A stretch of 32,000 nt of DNA from Trichodesmium erythraeum IMS101 (GTDB lineage: Bacteria; Cyanobacteriota; Cyanobacteriia; Cyanobacteriales; Microcoleaceae). Position 1 is the first letter of the stretch, and each line of letters starts with the position of its first letter. Both the position numbers and the translations under genes were made by a program. The notes beneath the pieces were generated by a model. That model was not told where the DNA came from, did not search any database, and saw only the letters and a program-made list of their open reading frames with translations. The stretch spans positions 5,220,001 through 5,252,000 of the forward strand of contig NC_008312.1 of NCBI RefSeq assembly GCF_000014265.1, written 5' to 3'. Of this stretch, positions 29,300-32,000 are shown piece by piece.

Positions 29300-29900
29300 A
29301 TTAATTTTCAACAAACACAAACTTGAAAATTTTCCGAATTATTCTACTTGGAGAGCTGAAAACCTGAAAAAATTTTCTAGGAGTGAAGAAAAAAGTACTA
29401 CTATTTTATTTTTATCGATTATATAGTTGAGACAAAATGAGGTTTAATTGTGGCTTGCTAGTTAAATATTAAAACCTCAAAATAATAATTCAATAGGTAT
29501 AGATTTAGGAACAGGAATTAAAACTTTTGCTGCTTTGAGAATAGTAAAAAAAACTGATTATCCTGAACCCCAGCCCCTCAAAAAACTGATTAATTAAGTA
29601 GCCTGTTTCAAAGAAGCTGTAAAAGACGCAAAATAAGCAAATCATTCTCGCGGAAAAACTAGAGGTTTTAAAGGATATCAAAAATAGGGATTAAGGGCTA
29701 CTAAATTTCATGACTAACTGAAAACATAAGGATAAATTTTTGGCATAAATTATCTACTCAAACAAAATACGAAAACTAAGTAATAGTTTGAGAAGATTGA
29801 AACATTGATAGAATGATTAAAAAAACTGTATTTGGGGATCAATTTCAACTAGGGGTATAATGAAGTTGATTGATGACTATGTCAAAAACAAATATGGTGG
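29300..29900 (+). pseudogene. TnpB (IS200/IS605-family OrfB, RuvC-like) relic, truncated with multiple stops
   Basis: Translation gives ..SIGIDLGTGIKTFAAL.. (the RuvC-I GIDLG motif, about 29493), ..PLKKLI.. and KFHD*L..NYLLKQNTKTK**FEKIETLIE*LKK (matching ..hKxsxxLxxxxxxIvxEdLnxkgMxKn). There is no open frame and no recognisable Zn-finger/RuvC-III end. Confidence 0.45.
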
Positions 29901-30053
29901 GCCCGATTATGGATGATCTGTTATCTGATTTTGGACGTTATTAATAATCATTTTGGTCTGGAAGGCCATTATTGATTTGATTATTGTCTCTATTTGAGGG
30001 ATAAGTATCATACTCTCTAGAGAAACGCTATTGATTAATATAATTTCAACTTT

Positions 30054-30512
30054 TCATCTTGGAGAATTGTGATGATAAGTATCAACGTTTTCTTTCTTCT
30101 TGCCACTTAACAGTCGCTCACAAATACTTAGCAGATATAATTTACTACTGATAGGTGCTCGTGGCAATGGTGTTTCAGTGTCAGGCCAGTTAGGAAGATC
30201 GAAACATGGACAGTACTCAGGAGGCATTCCTTTAACATGAAATGGAATTGGCATCGAACAACGAGCGCAAGAACAAATATCCCATTGTGGAGATAATAAT
30301 TCTTCAGTTGTCTGATTAGTTCCTTCTAAATAACAATCTCCTGATTCAGATGATAAAATTTTCTGCCAGCATTCTTCAAATTCTTGAGTGTAGCGATCGC
30401 CTGATAGTATAACTTGAGGGACGAAAGATTCTTGGCCATTTCTAGTTAACATTTTCTTACCTAATTGAAACCAATAGGCAATGTATTTTCTAACTTGATC
30501 GTGAGATGCCAT
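30054..30512 (-). CDS. Cys-rich hypothetical protein (152 aa)
   Basis: Intact ORF with ordinary composition. Cys cluster: WDICSCARCSMPIPFHVKGMPPEYCPCFDLPNWP. I do not recognise a family. Confidence 0.5.
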   Translation of the reverse strand: MASHDQVRKYIAYWFQLGKKMLTRNGQESFVPQVILSGDRYTQEFEECWQKILSSESGDCYLEGTNQTTEELLSPQWDICSCARCSMPIPFHVKGMPPEYCPCFDLPNWPDTETPLPRAPISSKLYLLSICERLLSGKKKENVDTYHHNSPR

Positions 30513-30687
30513 AACTTAAATGTCCGATAATTTTTTACTTATAGTCAATAGAAATATTTAATATTTAAAACAATTTAATTTTCTAAGATCTAATTTTATT
30601 AGAATTAATACATTGTGCATAATTTAAGTGTAGTATAAAGTTGAAGCATTTAGTTATTGAGAATTTATTAAGAATTACAAGATGAAA

Positions 30688-31251
30688 TTAAAGTTTTAAA
30701 GGTATTCCTAAATCACTTAGAGGCAAAATGTAACCTGCAGTAACTAGATAAACAGAGTCAGAAATAACTCCTAACCGACGAATAAGACTACCAAGGCGAT
30801 CGCGAAACAAACGTCCAGAAGGAAAAGAAGGAACAACTCCCCAACCTGTTTCTTCAGCGACTAAAATGACATTACCCTTAACTTTTAATAAACATTCAAT
30901 TACTGTTTCTAAAGTTTCATTCCAAGTCTGTTCATCCTGTGCCAAAATATTAGCTAACCAAGTACCTAAAGAATCTACCAAAATACAAGAATCTTCATCG
31001 CTATAATTAATCAAAGCTTCTGATAATTTTACAGGTATTTCTAAAATTATCCAGTCAGAAGGACGACGATTTTTATGTTGTTTAATTCGAGCTTGCCATT
31101 CTAAATCACTAGCATTAATTTGAGAAGTAGCTATATATATTACTTTTTTTCCAGAATTAGTGGCTAAACTTTCTGCCCACTCACTTTTACCAGAACGAGC
31201 AGGGCCAGTAACTAAAATTAACTTATCAGAATTAGCTGTAGAAAAATTCAT
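30688..31251 (-). CDS. cobU: Bifunctional adenosylcobinamide kinase / adenosylcobinamide-phosphate guanylyltransferase
   Basis: P-loop LILVTGPARSGKSEWAE, followed by IYIATS, H.NRRP..W, ILVDSLGTWLAN, VILVAEETGWGVVP, FRDRLG. The ORF is open to 31305, but the ATG at 31251 (MNFSTANSDKLILVTG) gives the usual length of about 185 aa. Confidence 0.85.
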   Translation of the reverse strand: MNFSTANSDKLILVTGPARSGKSEWAESLATNSGKKVIYIATSQINASDLEWQARIKQHKNRRPSDWIILEIPVKLSEALINYSDEDSCILVDSLGTWLANILAQDEQTWNETLETVIECLLKVKGNVILVAEETGWGVVPSFPSGRLFRDRLGSLIRRLGVISDSVYLVTAGYILPLSDLGIPLKL

Positions 31252-31338
31252 GGAGAATAAAACTAAATGTTCAACTAGGAAGGATAATAAATTTAGGAAA
31301 AGCAATTATGTCGATATTCAAAAAATCATAACTAAACT

Positions 31339-32000
31339 ATGGTCTTAATCTCTGCTATTATATGTACTCATAATCGGGACAATTATTTAGGAGCTGCAAT
31401 AGATAGCTTGTTAGCACAGGATTTTCCTGGTAACTTTGAAGTATTAGTAGTAGATAATGCTTCAAAAGATAACACTCGCAAAGTAGTAGAAGCAAGACTT
31501 ACGAACCCCAAACTGGAATATATCTATGAACCAGTCACAGGGTTATCTGTGGCCAGAAATACGGGGGCAAAAACAGCCAGTGCTGAAATTTTAGCTTATC
31601 TTGATGATGATGCTGTTGCTAGTTCCCAATGGTTAAGAGTACTATACGAAGCCTATCAAAGTAACAATAAACTAGCTATTGCTGGGGGCAAAGTCACTTT
31701 AATTTGGCCCAAAGAAATTTATCCTCCCAAATGGCTGTCTGTAGAATTATCAGGCAACTTAGGTTACTATGATCTTGGTAATTCTGTTGTATATATTGAC
31801 CAACCAAGCTTAACTCCTAGAGGTCTAAACTATTCAATTCGTCGAACATTTCTGGAACAAATTGGTGGTTTTAATACTAATTTGGGTCGAGTCGGCAAAA
31901 AATTATTATCAAATGAAGAGTTACACAGCACAGAATTAGCCATAAAGCAAGGTTGGCAAGTAGCCTATCTACCAGAAGCATTAGTTGCTCATAACGTAGC
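31339..32000 (+). CDS. Family 2 glycosyltransferase (5' part; continues beyond the window)
   Basis: From the ATG at 31339 the translation is MVLISAIICTHNRDNYLGAAIDSLLAQDFPGNFEVLVVDNASKDNT..GLSVARNTGAKTASAEILAYLDDDAV.., which carries the typical GT-A/GT2 N-terminal motifs. The frame is open to the end of the window. It is absent from the ORF track because no stop is reached. Confidence 0.8.
   Translation, partial: MVLISAIICTHNRDNYLGAAIDSLLAQDFPGNFEVLVVDNASKDNTRKVVEARLTNPKLEYIYEPVTGLSVARNTGAKTASAEILAYLDDDAVASSQWLRVLYEAYQSNNKLAIAGGKVTLIWPKEIYPPKWLSVELSGNLGYYDLGNSVVYIDQPSLTPRGLNYSIRRTFLEQIGGFNTNLGRVGKKLLSNEELHSTELAIKQGWQVAYLPEALVAHNV

Noticed and set aside
1-32000. tRNA, rRNA and tmRNA genes
   Set aside because: I scanned for T-loop GGTTCGA-type strings and conserved rRNA/tmRNA ends. 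None were seen outside coding sequence. A tRNAscan or cmscan run would be needed for certainty.

Overview
AT-rich window from a cyanobacterial chromosome. HIP1 palindromes (GCGATCGC) are present, for example at 257-264, 1818-1825 and once in each 207-bp repeat unit, and the gene set is typical of filamentous or heterocystous cyanobacteria. Intact-looking genes are: an M24B Xaa-Pro aminopeptidase; a roughly 1200-aa Cache-HAMP-histidine kinase-receiver-class III cyclase sensor; two pentapeptide-repeat proteins; a GT26 (WecB/TagA/CpsF) glycosyltransferase; a Hanks-type Ser/Thr kinase; a small conserved hypothetical; an ABC1/UbiB kinase; GlgX; a Cys-rich hypothetical; CobU; and the 5' part of a GT2 glycosyltransferase.

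Between these genes there is a lot of decay. I count an alpha/beta-hydrolase pseudogene, an ISAs1-family transposase gene split by an IS630-family element, a second IS630 element with a single in-frame stop, a third pentapeptide paralog disrupted by a ribozyme-less group II intron RT/HNH fragment, a heavily broken Ser/Thr-kinase-FGE-sulfatase gene, and a TnpB relic. This density of pseudogenes and IS elements suggests an eroding genome such as that of a symbiont, but that is inference. I found no rRNA, tRNA or CRISPR array.

I cannot demonstrate a complete novel system. The three items most worth follow-up are:
1. An ORF-free tandem array of 207-bp units (23329-24088). Each full unit ends in a hairpin plus T-run, which makes it a candidate multi-copy sRNA array.
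2. An adenine-poor, NNC/NNT-codon-rich stretch at the C-terminus of the FGE-sulfatase pseudogene (about 24220-24327) that looks like a diversity-generating retroelement variable region. No template repeat or DGR RT is visible in this window.
3. A class III cyclase domain whose purine-specifying positions read Glu/Gly rather than Lys/Thr(Asp), which hints at guanylate cyclase chemistry.
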